DNA of 64,000 nucleotides from an uncultured Pseudomonadota bacterium (GCA_902793435.1 CADBDF010000003.1:26167-90166); one strand, 5' to 3'; shown: positions 1 through 9,580, counted from the stretch's first letter. Program-made: numbers and translations. The notes: a model not told the origin generated them from the sequence alone.

Positions 1-304
1 ATCTTTACACGAAGATAAAGATGAAACCATTATTGAACCTGTGGCGACCAATTTAGACGAAACAGATTTGACATTGGAAAAATTAGCAAATGAATTTGTC
101 GAAAACCAAGACAAAATTGTCAATACCACGAAAAGTTCTGCGCGTGGTGGCAGAATTGGCAAGTTAAAAAATATTTTACCATTTAAAAAAGTTAAACATA
201 ATGACTCTGGTTTAATGGGTGACTTGTTTGGTTGGGCGGGTGTTGCCGCAAACGATGAAGAATTTGGCATACCTGACTTTTTCCCAACTGCCGCAAAAAA
301 ATAA
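1..304 (+). CDS. C-terminal part of a CDS entering from upstream; hypothetical protein
   Basis: The frame is open from base 2 to the stop at 302-304 (the track lists only 41-304). No motif recognised. Confidence 0.4.
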   Translation, partial: SLHEDKDETIIEPVATNLDETDLTLEKLANEFVENQDKIVNTTKSSARGGRIGKLKNILPFKKVKHNDSGLMGDLFGWAGVAANDEEFGIPDFFPTAAKK

Positions 305-316
305 GGCGAATAAACA

Positions 317-766
317 ATGCAAGACTTGGCTGAAATTGCACGAATATTAACCAAGGCAGGATATATTGTCAAAGACTGTCAGTTAGGTTTTATTTGCATC
401 GTTGATCCAACATGTATTTGGCCACCGTTGATGGATTTTATAAAAAATGCATGGATTGTTTTAACCACTATCACAGGTGTTTTGTTGGCCGGATGGGCAG
501 CGGTTTTATTGCGTGGCGCAACAAACGATTATGCAAAAAATTTAAAAACGTTGGTTTTAATGTTTGGTTTTTTATCATTGGCACTGCCCGCCGTAGATTT
601 TTTGGGTGGTGGCAAATTTGTTGTAAATCAATGTAATACTATGAAAATATCTTTGTCCCAAGTTCAAGAATTATCAAAGGCACGCGAATTTACGCAAAAA
701 CCCGAAGAATACGAAATTTTTGAAGTTATTGATTCTGCAACAGATGATCCAGAATTTAATTTTTAA
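317..766 (+). CDS. hypothetical membrane protein
   Basis: 149 aa with hydrophobic helices (WIVLTTITGVLLAGWAAVLL, LVLMFGFLSLALPAV). Starts 12 nt after the previous stop, so probably co-transcribed. Confidence 0.5.
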   Translation: MQDLAEIARILTKAGYIVKDCQLGFICIVDPTCIWPPLMDFIKNAWIVLTTITGVLLAGWAAVLLRGATNDYAKNLKTLVLMFGFLSLALPAVDFLGGGKFVVNQCNTMKISLSQVQELSKAREFTQKPEEYEIFEVIDSATDDPEFNF

Positions 767-1446
767 AAATGAAATAAAGTTAAATCTTTGGCTGATGAAA
801 CTTTGTTTTTTGTGACCAATAAATGATCACGAACATTTATACCCAATGGTTTTAGTGTATTATATAAATCTTCTGTGGCATCTATGTCTGGGGCTGAAAA
901 ATTACCGATATCATTTGGATGATTATGAACCAGTAAAATATTTGTTGCATTTAATTCCAATGCATGTTTGACAATTTCACGTGTATATATCGATGAAGCA
1001 TCAATGGTACCCACACTATGAACCTCGTCTTGTAACAAACGTAAATCATCGTCCATGTATAAAACATGGAATTCTTCTATATTTTTATTTGCCAACATCC
1101 ACATACAATAATTACGCAATTCTGTATCATTATGAAATATTGGACGTTCAACCAATTCGTTTCTGTATCCGGTCAAAATTATATCATGTATCAATTTTAT
1201 AAATATCGCGATATTGCGACCAACCCCAGGGAACGCAATTAAATCATTATATTGTGCCGTCAATATGTTTGACAATGAACCAAAATGTTCCAACATAGCA
1301 TGCGCCAATGGTCGCATATCACGACGCGGAACAACATAACTCAACATTAATTCTAATTTTTCATATTCGGCAAGTTTGTTGTCTAAAAACTTTTGCCGTA
1401 ATCTTTCCCTGTGTCCATTACGAAATTGCAAATTCAATGTCGCCAT
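763..1446 (-). CDS. radC: RadC-family JAB/MPN domain protein
   Basis: 227 aa. N-terminal helix-hairpin-helix (AFPGVGRNIAIFIKL) and C-terminal JAMM-like motif (LLVHNHPNDIGNFSAPDIDATEDL). Confidence 0.85.
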   Translation of the reverse strand: MATLNLQFRNGHRERLRQKFLDNKLAEYEKLELMLSYVVPRRDMRPLAHAMLEHFGSLSNILTAQYNDLIAFPGVGRNIAIFIKLIHDIILTGYRNELVERPIFHNDTELRNYCMWMLANKNIEEFHVLYMDDDLRLLQDEVHSVGTIDASSIYTREIVKHALELNATNILLVHNHPNDIGNFSAPDIDATEDLYNTLKPLGINVRDHLLVTKNKVSSAKDLTLFHF

Positions 1447-1452
1447 TTGGCT

Positions 1453-2214
1453 TTACACCATCTTTTCTGTAAATATAGTCACACCATCTTCGGTGATTCC
1501 CAATGTGTGTTCCCACTGTGCAGACAATCCACCATCAACAGTACGCGCCGTCCAACCATCTGCATCAATTTTACATTTTGGCGAACCTGTATTTATCATT
1601 GGTTCAATCGTAAATACCAATCCGGGAACCATTTTAACCCTATCCCACATTTTATCGTAAAAATGAAATATTTGTGGGTCATCGTGCATAACTTTACCAA
1701 TACCATGTCCAACAAAATCACGCGATATAGAAAATCCATGTGGTTTAACAACAGCCTCTATGGTTTTTCCAATTTCAGACAAAGGCACCCCGGGGGCACA
1801 TACCGCAATAGCCGCATTTAACGCATCTTGGCATGTTTGCACCAATTCACGAGCCACTGGTGACACATTACCAATCATAAACATACGCGACGCATCACCA
1901 TGAAAACCTTTGAATTCTGCGGTTAAATCAACATTAATAATATCACCATCTTTTAATATTTCATTATCGTTTGGAATACCATGCACAATAACATCATTAA
2001 CCGATGTGCAAATGTTTTTTGGGTATCCTTGGTATCCCAAATCCGAAGAACGCGCGCCATTTGCATGCAAAAATTCTGCAACCAATCTGTCGATTTCACC
2101 GGTTGAAATCCCGGCGCGAATATACGGTGTAATATAATCAAAACAACGCGCCACCAAATCACCAACCACACGCAAACGTTTAAAATCTTTGGGTGCATAT
2201 ACAGATGCCAGCAT
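1453..2214 (-). CDS. map: methionine aminopeptidase, type I
   Basis: 253 aa with canonical MetAP motifs (VHGIPN, GDIINVDL, FHGDASRMF, FVGHGIG, TIEPMIN, QWEHT). Confidence 0.95.
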   Translation of the reverse strand: MLASVYAPKDFKRLRVVGDLVARCFDYITPYIRAGISTGEIDRLVAEFLHANGARSSDLGYQGYPKNICTSVNDVIVHGIPNDNEILKDGDIINVDLTAEFKGFHGDASRMFMIGNVSPVARELVQTCQDALNAAIAVCAPGVPLSEIGKTIEAVVKPHGFSISRDFVGHGIGKVMHDDPQIFHFYDKMWDRVKMVPGLVFTIEPMINTGSPKCKIDADGWTARTVDGGLSAQWEHTLGITEDGVTIFTEKMV

Positions 2215-3203
2215 TATTTCCTCCTCTTTTGAGCCATTCTGGTTGTTTTTAATGCCAATTTTAATGAAAAGTCACGCAATAAAATTTCTGGTGGCATACC
2301 AGTTGTGCGCAACTGACGTTCCAGTTCATTTAACCTGATTAAGACAGAGTCTATATCGGGTTCTGTCCATATTTTTGTGGCACGTTGAAATTTATCAGCA
2401 ACCTTCCAAAACAGGCGTGGAAACTGACCATCAACGACCGCCGTTAATAATCTTTTAAAATGAATATCCAACATACGAATTAACATATTTGGTTCGATGT
2501 TATCATACATTAACCTGTCCAGCGCAGTCATTGTTTGCGAAACATAACCCGCCGTCAAAGAATACAAATAATCATCAATATCCGACCCAGATGTATCAGG
2601 CAAACATTTTTCAACATCTTCCAATTCTACGATTTTTTTATCGCCAACATACAGTGCAATTTTTGTTAAAAAACCACGTGTAATACCGCGATCGCCACCC
2701 ATGTGTGTTGTCATATATTCCATGGCGTCTGGGGTTATTTGATCTATACCAGATGCGGCAGACAATGTTTCGCGTATTAAATTTGCCAATGTGCGTGCAT
2801 CATCAGTATAACATGGCAACGCCGCCAAATTATCATCATTTTCAAATAAAGCACGCAATCCACCGCCGGCACGCAATTCACCCGCACATACGATAACAGT
2901 CGCACACAGACCAGCATGTGTCACCAATTCGCCAATTGTTTTAGCCATTGCATCGCCAGCATTGGAAATAACAACCATTTTTTGACCACCGAACATAGAT
3001 GGACTGCAACTTTCAGCAAATATTGCATCTTGTTTATCACGAAATTCATCGGCGTCCAAAGAAAATAAATTATCCCGGTCAATCTGTAAAATTTCGATTG
3101 CTTTATCGCACAACTCATCAACCTGACCGGCATCAGGTCCATAAATTAAAACTGCGCGAATATTTTTTATTCCGCTTTTAAAATCGGCTTCTTTCCATTT
3201 CAT
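2214..3203 (-). CDS. holA: DNA polymerase III delta subunit
   Basis: 329 aa. N-terminus has AVLIYGPDAGQVDE and the length fits HolA. Overlaps lptE by 4 nt and map by 1 nt, matching the conserved lptE-holA order. Confidence 0.75.
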   Translation of the reverse strand: MKWKEADFKSGIKNIRAVLIYGPDAGQVDELCDKAIEILQIDRDNLFSLDADEFRDKQDAIFAESCSPSMFGGQKMVVISNAGDAMAKTIGELVTHAGLCATVIVCAGELRAGGGLRALFENDDNLAALPCYTDDARTLANLIRETLSAASGIDQITPDAMEYMTTHMGGDRGITRGFLTKIALYVGDKKIVELEDVEKCLPDTSGSDIDDYLYSLTAGYVSQTMTALDRLMYDNIEPNMLIRMLDIHFKRLLTAVVDGQFPRLFWKVADKFQRATKIWTEPDIDSVLIRLNELERQLRTTGMPPEILLRDFSLKLALKTTRMAQKRRK

Positions 3204-3661
3204 TTGTTGGTCTGGCGCCCTTTTGTTTCTGCGATTGCGCGACTGCTGATTTTATCAGCCAACACCGACACCGCGTTTTGAACCGCGTTATTATATGATG
3301 CGTTTGCTGCAACCAAATAACGCACAAATGTATATGATTCACCCGCAGACTCGTTCCCAGATGCAATCAATTCATCACCCGCATATAGTTTATAATGCGC
3401 AGTCAATTTTACCGCCTGCCATGTGGCAGTTCCAGTTGTATCCAAACCTTTATATGTTTTCAAAGGTTCGTCCAAATCCACAACCAATTTATACATAGAA
3501 TTATCAGGATGCGCACCACCAAACTTTGCATTTAACGCATTACGCAATTCTATACCATTTATTCCACTTATTTTATCAACATAAATGTCTGTGTCGTTTC
3601 CAGAAAACATTGGCGTAAAACCACACCCAGACAACAATAAAAATGCAAATAATTTTTTCAT
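3200..3661 (-). CDS. lptE: LPS-assembly lipoprotein LptE-like
   Basis: 153 aa with a canonical lipobox (LLLSGCGF). Sits immediately upstream of and overlapping holA, as in proteobacteria. Confidence 0.6.
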   Translation of the reverse strand: MKKLFAFLLLSGCGFTPMFSGNDTDIYVDKISGINGIELRNALNAKFGGAHPDNSMYKLVVDLDEPLKTYKGLDTTGTATWQAVKLTAHYKLYAGDELIASGNESAGESYTFVRYLVAANASYNNAVQNAVSVLADKISSRAIAETKGRQTNK

Positions 3662-3747
3662 AAATTTTACTTTTGTTTTTTTGAAATGGTTTTCCTGTTG
3701 CTTTTTATGTTTATATTACCTACACTTTTTACAAATCGCAAGGGGGA

Positions 3748-4977
3748 ATGATGAATATTTTTTTAACGCTTTTGGTTGCTTTGTTTCTGGGGGCGTATTA
3801 CATATTTTCTGCGCCATCGGTGCGAACCCCCGCACAAGAGGCCGAATACGCGGTAAAATATGCAGACTTGCGTGCGATTATTGAATGTACCGCGGCGGTG
3901 CATAATGCAAATTTGCATAATACCGTATTCCAAGATGTATGTGTTGAACAAAACGGTATTCAATCTGATATTATCTGTTTAGACAGACGTATGAATATTA
4001 CCGGTTGTGCAGGAAACACAACATATAATTATGTTGTCACAACATCTGGGGTAATACCAAACAGTCAATTCAATAATACAATGACTATATTGGAAAAAAA
4101 TTTTGCCGATGCCGGCAGTTTCGGTATTTTCCAAGATGGATATATTATATCTGGTTCAACCGTCACTAAACGCGCAATACCAAAATCTTTGATAAATCAA
4201 ATGCACATAATGGACGGCCAATTGGTATATGTGACACAATTTGCGCAAACAGACCCCGCCGCACAATTTATCGCACCAAATGTTGATGATGTTGTGTGTC
4301 CGGTTGGAACATCAAAAATATTGCGTTTTGGTCGGTGGCAATGTGTTGGATACAATACAAAAACCAGTTGCCCCGGGGATACGGTATGGGATTATACAAC
4401 AAATTCTTGTGTTGCAGATGATACAACAAAGCCATTATGTAATTCTGTACAGACGGCTATTATGGTTGATGGAATTTGGGAATGTGTTGATCCGTTCCCC
4501 AGTCGCAAATGCGATGCAAATACTATGGCCAAGTTAAATTATACAACAATGACGTGGGAATGTGTGACAGACCCAAATAAAACTGCAACAAACACAAAAT
4601 GTTCGCATGTAAAGATGCCTGTTAGTCCTGGTCGTGGTGGTGCAACGATGAGTTTTAGAAAATTAACATGCACATCGTGTGAAAAAATGATTGTTGATGA
4701 AAACACATGTATCGCACATTGTGTGCCCGATACGACCAAGGTAAATGATGCCAACTGTTATCCAGGTGATGCGACAACATGTGTTGGCGAAAACATGGGA
4801 TTATATTTTGGTTTTCCTGATACAAAATATATTACATTTGTCCCAGATGTTGCTGGCAAAACAATTATTATGGGTACCGAACATTCACAAAACAGAAAGT
4901 TTAATTGTATGGATTGTGGCGAACGCGGTGTGGATACAGAATTATCATTTCCGCCATTTGTGACAGTGTGTAATTAG
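3748..4977 (+). CDS. Cys-rich secreted or membrane-anchored hypothetical protein
   Basis: 409 aa with an N-terminal hydrophobic segment (MMNIFLTLLVALFLGAYYIF) and more than 25 Cys. Motif W-x-C-V occurs three times (GRWQCVGY, GIWECVDP, MTWECVTDP). Confidence 0.6.
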   Translation: MMNIFLTLLVALFLGAYYIFSAPSVRTPAQEAEYAVKYADLRAIIECTAAVHNANLHNTVFQDVCVEQNGIQSDIICLDRRMNITGCAGNTTYNYVVTTSGVIPNSQFNNTMTILEKNFADAGSFGIFQDGYIISGSTVTKRAIPKSLINQMHIMDGQLVYVTQFAQTDPAAQFIAPNVDDVVCPVGTSKILRFGRWQCVGYNTKTSCPGDTVWDYTTNSCVADDTTKPLCNSVQTAIMVDGIWECVDPFPSRKCDANTMAKLNYTTMTWECVTDPNKTATNTKCSHVKMPVSPGRGGATMSFRKLTCTSCEKMIVDENTCIAHCVPDTTKVNDANCYPGDATTCVGENMGLYFGFPDTKYITFVPDVAGKTIIMGTEHSQNRKFNCMDCGERGVDTELSFPPFVTVCN

Positions 4978-5645
4978 TGTTGCCTTGTATTCGCGTCACC
5001 ACGCATTTTGTTTTTGTTATTTTCTGCGATTAACACAGATAAATAATTTTTAAAATCCACAAAACCCAACAGTTGTTCACAACAATTATTCAGCCGAGAA
5101 TTGTACATTTCCAATATGCGGTTATAATCATCAACTTCTTCGTCTTTTTCATACCTGGACATAGATTGATATGCCGCAGACGTTTGCCAACTAATAGCTT
5201 CATTGACTTCATGTATTTTTAATAACAATTGAAAAACCTCTTTTAACAAACCCAAAATAACAGACTGTTGTTGGATATTGTATAAATTTTCAAGTTGGTT
5301 TTGTATGTCTTGGTGTTGTTTAGAAAAATTATCATATTGGTCTGTATAAAACCCAACCAATTTATTATCGCCACGCACAGTATTTAATTCACCATCACCG
5401 TTGAAAACAAATCTGTCATATTCGTGCATAATCTGCATCATTTTGCCAGACAAAAATTCTTTTTTATTTTTCAACGCAGTTATTTTTTTATTAATATCTT
5501 GAATATTTGGAGACACGCGCTTTTCAAAATATTTAATCAAATTTTGCACATTATCAACAATTACGTTTTGTGATAACGCCTTTGTTTTTGTATCATTAAA
5601 TTTGTTTGTATCTGCCACGATTCTTTCCTTTATCACTTTACACAT
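4974..5645 (-). CDS. hypothetical protein (probable coiled coil)
   Basis: 223-aa ORF rich in K/E/Q/N heptad-like stretches. No recognisable domain. Overlaps the convergent gene by 4 nt. Confidence 0.45.
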   Translation of the reverse strand: MCKVIKERIVADTNKFNDTKTKALSQNVIVDNVQNLIKYFEKRVSPNIQDINKKITALKNKKEFLSGKMMQIMHEYDRFVFNGDGELNTVRGDNKLVGFYTDQYDNFSKQHQDIQNQLENLYNIQQQSVILGLLKEVFQLLLKIHEVNEAISWQTSAAYQSMSRYEKDEEVDDYNRILEMYNSRLNNCCEQLLGFVDFKNYLSVLIAENNKNKMRGDANTRQH

Positions 5646-5702
5646 TATATGTAATACATTTTGCGCTTTTTGTCAATATATTATTTCTTTTTATTCTTAG
5701 TT

Positions 5703-5750
5703 TGTCAAGATATAGTGTTTTAACATAAAACCAAACACTACATTTTGTGT
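5703..5750. promoter_or_regulatory. distal pair of NrdR boxes upstream of nrdD
   Basis: tgtcaagatatagtgt (5703-5718) and acactacattttgtgt (5735-5750) match the 16-bp NrdR palindrome acaCwAtATaTwGtgt at 12/16 and 14/16. Their centres are 32 bp apart, the usual tandem-box spacing. Confidence 0.6.
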
Positions 5751-5931
5751 TTTTTTACATATTTCGAATCGTGTTTTTTTATATTTTTTTGTATTTTTAC
5801 ATACAAATACGTGTTTTGTGTCAATTTTATAACGATTCGTAGTAAAAAAAATGGCGGATTTTATGCCTTTTTTTAATGCAAGTAAAAAAATATAAAAAAT
5901 TGTTTTTTTCTGGGTTGAGATTATTTTCTAT

Positions 5932-5979
5932 ATACTATATATTGTTATCAACAAAATCAAAAAACACTATATATAGATT
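5932..5979. promoter_or_regulatory. proximal pair of NrdR boxes upstream of nrdD
   Basis: atactatatattgtta (5932-5947) and acactatatatagatt (5964-5979), centres 32 bp apart, ending 14 nt before the nrdD ATG. Confidence 0.6.
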
Positions 5980-5992
5980 TAAGGAAAGAAAG

Positions 5993-7987
5993 ATGGGTGA
6001 ATTGAATTTTATTACAAAACAAACAAAAATTGTTAAACGTTCTGGCGAAACGGTCGATTTTGATGCCAACAAAATTTATAATGCGGTTTCCAAGGCCGTT
6101 GCTGCAACTGGCGAATTAAATGATGCCCAGGTTTTTACAATTACTCAATTTGTATTGAATAAATTGGATATCGCGTTTGTTGATAAAATTCCAACTGTCG
6201 AACAAATCCAAGATACAGTTGTTCAAACCCTGATGGATTCACGCGCATACAAAACAGCCGAGGCATATGTTATATATCGCCAAAAACGCAGTGAAATTCG
6301 CGATGCGTCCATTGATGCCGTTGATGTTATCGATGGTTATGTGACCGAGGCTGACTGGCGTGTCAAAGAAAACGCAAACATTGGTTATTCTATTGGTGGG
6401 TTAATTTTACGCACCAGCGAACGCGTGACCGCAGAATATTGGTTGCACCTGTACCCCCAAGAAATCGCGGCGGCACACAAACGCGCATCTATACATATTC
6501 ACGATTTAGGTTGGTTGTCTGGTTATTGCGCGGGTTGGTCTTTGCGCGAATTGTTATACGAAGGATTCAATGGGGTCCCAGGTTATTTACAATGTGGTCC
6601 TGCAAAACACATGGCGACAGCTATTTCGCACATGGTGAATTTCTTAGGCACATTACAAAATGAATTCGCAGGTGCTCAGGCGTTTTCATCTGTTGATACA
6701 TATTTGGCACCGTATGTTCGTTTAGACAAGTTGTCATACGAAGATGTTAAAAATTCTATGCAGACATTGATATTTAATTGTGCTGTGCCATGCCGTTGGG
6801 GAACACAAACACCATTTATCAACTTTACATTTGATTGGACATGCCCAACAGATTTGCGCCCACAACGTCCATTTGTCGGTGGCAAACAGGTTGATTTCAC
6901 ATATGGTGATTTGCAGGAAGAAATGGATATGATTAACAAAGCGTTTTTGGAAGTCATGACCGAAGGTGATGCAATGGGTCGTCCATTTACATTCCCTATT
7001 CCAACATACAATATCACACCTGATTTTCCATGGAATCACCCAAATGTAAAACCTTTGTTTGATTTGGCGGCGAAATACGGTATTCCAAACTTTCAAAACT
7101 TCTTGAATTCCGATTTGAACCCAACAGATGTTCGCTCTATGTGTTGCCGGTTGCGTTTGGACGTTCGTGAATTGTTAAAACGTGGTGGCGGTTTATTTGG
7201 TTCGGCGGAAAAAACTGGTTCTATTGGTGTGGTCACAATTAACTTGGCACGTTTGGGTTATTTACACAAAGGCGACCGCGAAGGTTTGTTCCGCGAATTA
7301 CAATCTTTGTTATTCATGGGGCGCGATGCATTGGAAATCAAACGCAAAATTATTTCCAAGAATATGGAACGCGGTTTGTATCCATTTACCAAACGTTATT
7401 TGGGTAATTGGAATCATCACTTTTCTACAATCGGTGTAAATGGCGCAAATGAAATGGTTGCAAACTTTACAAACGGTGCGGAAAATATCGCAACAGTGTT
7501 TGGTAAAAAACTGGTCTTGGACGTTATGGATTTCATCCGTGAAAACTTGGCAAACTTCCAAGAAGAAACTGGCAACCTGTATAATTTAGAGGCTACTCCA
7601 GCCGAGGGATGTTCATATCGTTTCGCAAAAACAGATAAAAAGAACTATCCGGATATTATTACCGCTGGGACCCCAGATGCCCCATACTATACAAATTCAA
7701 CCCAGTTGCCTGTGAATTATACAGACGATCCGTTTGTGGCATTGGAACACCAAGAAGAATTACAACGCAAATATACAGGCGGAACAATGTTGCATCTGTA
7801 TATGGGCGAACCTGTATCAAATGGCGAAGCGGCACAGAAAATCGTACGGACTATATTTGAAAATTATAAAGTGCCATATATGACATTGACACCAACATTT
7901 TCAATATGTCCAAAGCATGGTTATTTGCCTGGACGTCATGAGTTTTGTCCAAAATGCGATGCGGAACGCGGCGCAAACGACAAATAA
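5993..7987 (+). CDS. nrdD: anaerobic ribonucleoside-triphosphate reductase (class III), large part lacking the glycyl-radical domain
   Basis: N-terminal ATP-cone (IVKRSGETVDFDANKIYNAV), then a NrdD core and the first Zn-ribbon Cys pair (FCPKCD) just before the stop. Start placed at ATG 5993 (AAGGAAAG 6 nt upstream), because the track start at 5876 would read through the NrdR boxes. Confidence 0.9.
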   Translation: MGELNFITKQTKIVKRSGETVDFDANKIYNAVSKAVAATGELNDAQVFTITQFVLNKLDIAFVDKIPTVEQIQDTVVQTLMDSRAYKTAEAYVIYRQKRSEIRDASIDAVDVIDGYVTEADWRVKENANIGYSIGGLILRTSERVTAEYWLHLYPQEIAAAHKRASIHIHDLGWLSGYCAGWSLRELLYEGFNGVPGYLQCGPAKHMATAISHMVNFLGTLQNEFAGAQAFSSVDTYLAPYVRLDKLSYEDVKNSMQTLIFNCAVPCRWGTQTPFINFTFDWTCPTDLRPQRPFVGGKQVDFTYGDLQEEMDMINKAFLEVMTEGDAMGRPFTFPIPTYNITPDFPWNHPNVKPLFDLAAKYGIPNFQNFLNSDLNPTDVRSMCCRLRLDVRELLKRGGGLFGSAEKTGSIGVVTINLARLGYLHKGDREGLFRELQSLLFMGRDALEIKRKIISKNMERGLYPFTKRYLGNWNHHFSTIGVNGANEMVANFTNGAENIATVFGKKLVLDVMDFIRENLANFQEETGNLYNLEATPAEGCSYRFAKTDKKNYPDIITAGTPDAPYYTNSTQLPVNYTDDPFVALEHQEELQRKYTGGTMLHLYMGEPVSNGEAAQKIVRTIFENYKVPYMTLTPTFSICPKHGYLPGRHEFCPKCDAERGANDK

Positions 7988-8037
7988 AAACAATCAAAAT
8001 TAACAAAAAAAACACAACCAAAGGAAGGAGGAAAATT

Positions 8038-8229
8038 ATGACTAACACAAACTGCAACTGCGACAGAACAAAATGCGAAGTATTTTCACGTTCTATGGGC
8101 TTTATTCGTCCTGTATCGAACTTTAACATTGGAAAATATAGCGAATTTTGCGAACGCAAGACTTTTACAGAAGCAAACAGTTTGACGGCTGGTCAAAGAC
8201 ACTCTGACCTGATGAAAAGAGCGGCTTAA
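8038..8229 (+). CDS. stand-alone NrdD C-terminal glycyl-radical domain (63 aa)
   Basis: MTNTNCNCDRTKCEVFSRSMGFIRPVSNFNIGKYSEFCERK matches the NrdD C-terminus (second Cys pair plus the SRxxG(Y/F)xRPVxxxNxGKxxEF radical loop). Different frame from nrdD. GGAGG at 8027-8031 lies 6 nt before the ATG. Confidence 0.75.
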   Translation: MTNTNCNCDRTKCEVFSRSMGFIRPVSNFNIGKYSEFCERKTFTEANSLTAGQRHSDLMKRAA

Positions 8230-8233
8230 TATT

Positions 8234-8935
8234 ATGCGCGAAATTCAAATTGGGGGATTGGTTTCTTTTACCACTATCGATTATCCTGACAAATTGGCTG
8301 CTGTGCTGTTTTTGGTTGGGTGCCCGTTAAGATGTGCGTATTGTTCCAATCCTCATTTAATTGATGTTGGCGATGGTCCATACGACCCTGAAAAGATGTT
8401 TGATTGGATTAAATCACGTGTCGGTCGTTTAGAGGCCATCGTTTTTTCTGGTGGCGAGGCATTAATGCAAGGTGATGCCACAATTGGTTATATGCAACGT
8501 GTGCGTGATTTAGGGTTCGCGATTGGATTGCATACAAACGGTTTTTATCCAGATTTGTTAAAACGCGCCGAACCATTGGTCGATTGGATTGGATTGGATT
8601 ACAAGGCCACACGCGAAAAGTATGAATCTTTGGTGGGAAAAGGTATTGCATACGACCAAATGATAAAATCTTTGGATTTTTGGATTGGAACCGGCAAAGA
8701 TTTAGAGGTTCGCGTGACGTGTGACCCACGTTTTATAACACTGGACGATTTGCGTAAAATTATTGACGATTGTGCGGTGCGTGGTGTAAAAAAAATCGCG
8801 ATACAAAAATATCAACCACATTTCGAAGATGCAGAACACGCAACCACCCCAGAAGCACGCGACCAGTTTTTCAAAGATGACGATTTACGCAATTATATAA
8901 ATTCAAAATTTGAATCTGTAATTTGGCGGGAATAA
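8234..8935 (+). CDS. nrdG: anaerobic ribonucleotide reductase activating protein (radical SAM)
   Basis: 233 aa with the CxxxCxxC cluster motif (GCPLRCAYCSNPH) and a GGE motif (FSGGEALMQ). Directly follows nrdD. Confidence 0.85.
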   Translation: MREIQIGGLVSFTTIDYPDKLAAVLFLVGCPLRCAYCSNPHLIDVGDGPYDPEKMFDWIKSRVGRLEAIVFSGGEALMQGDATIGYMQRVRDLGFAIGLHTNGFYPDLLKRAEPLVDWIGLDYKATREKYESLVGKGIAYDQMIKSLDFWIGTGKDLEVRVTCDPRFITLDDLRKIIDDCAVRGVKKIAIQKYQPHFEDAEHATTPEARDQFFKDDDLRNYINSKFESVIWRE

Positions 8936-8938
8936 TAT

Positions 8939-9397
8939 ATGCAAAAAGAAATTAAATTTTGTACACCATCTGGACCTTATTGGTTTTTATCACCGCTGGC
9001 TTTGTTCCCCATCAAAATGCATGTAGATGGCCAGGATTTTGTTTTTCCATCGGTAGAGCATTATTACCAAGCGATGAAATTTTACGCATCTGACCCGCGT
9101 TTTAATACTATTTTACAACTAAAAAACCCTGATGATGCGCGGTTATTGACCAAGACACCAGAATACAAGGTTAATCGTCGGGAAAATTTTGATAATGATA
9201 AATTCGATATTATGGAACGCGGATTGCGTGCAAAGTTTGCACAAAATCCCGACGCCGCAGAATTATTAAAATCCACAGGCGATGCGATTTTAATAAAATC
9301 TTGTCCGGTATGCTATAAATGCGGATTTGGAATCGGCAGTGGCACAAACCGTATTGGGAAAATATTGATGGATATACGCCAAAATTTGCAAAAATAA
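8939..9397 (+). CDS. NADAR (YbiA-like, DUF1768) domain protein
   Basis: 152 aa with FLSPLALFPI, FPSVEHYYQAMKF and RAKFAQNPDAAELLKSTGDAIL, typical of the NADAR family. Starts 4 nt after nrdG. Confidence 0.7.
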   Translation: MQKEIKFCTPSGPYWFLSPLALFPIKMHVDGQDFVFPSVEHYYQAMKFYASDPRFNTILQLKNPDDARLLTKTPEYKVNRRENFDNDKFDIMERGLRAKFAQNPDAAELLKSTGDAILIKSCPVCYKCGFGIGSGTNRIGKILMDIRQNLQK

Positions 9398-9580
9398 TTA
9401 TTTTTTGCGTTCTTTTTCGGCGGCAGCCAATTCCGCCAATAATTGTTCACGTGCAGAAATATTTTTAATTTTATGAAACTGGTTATTATCTGTATCGACT
9501 TTGACTTTGCGTTTTCTCTTTGGACCGCTGACTTTGATAACTCGGCCACTTTGTTTAATGGTTGTTGTGTATCTGCGCAT
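9398..9580 (-). CDS. small basic hypothetical protein
   Basis: 60-aa ORF rich in K/R, without a convincing Shine-Dalgarno. Coding status uncertain. Confidence 0.25.
   Translation of the reverse strand: MRRYTTTIKQSGRVIKVSGPKRKRKVKVDTDNNQFHKIKNISAREQLLAELAAAEKERKK

Noticed and set aside
5876-5992. N-terminal 39-codon extension of nrdD proposed by the ORF track (start at 5876).
   Set aside because: The extension is hydrophobic and low-complexity (MQVKKYKKLFFSGLRLFSIYYILL...) and runs through the proximal NrdR boxes. It also lacks an RBS. ATG 5993 has AAGGAAAG upstream and begins the conserved ATP-cone.
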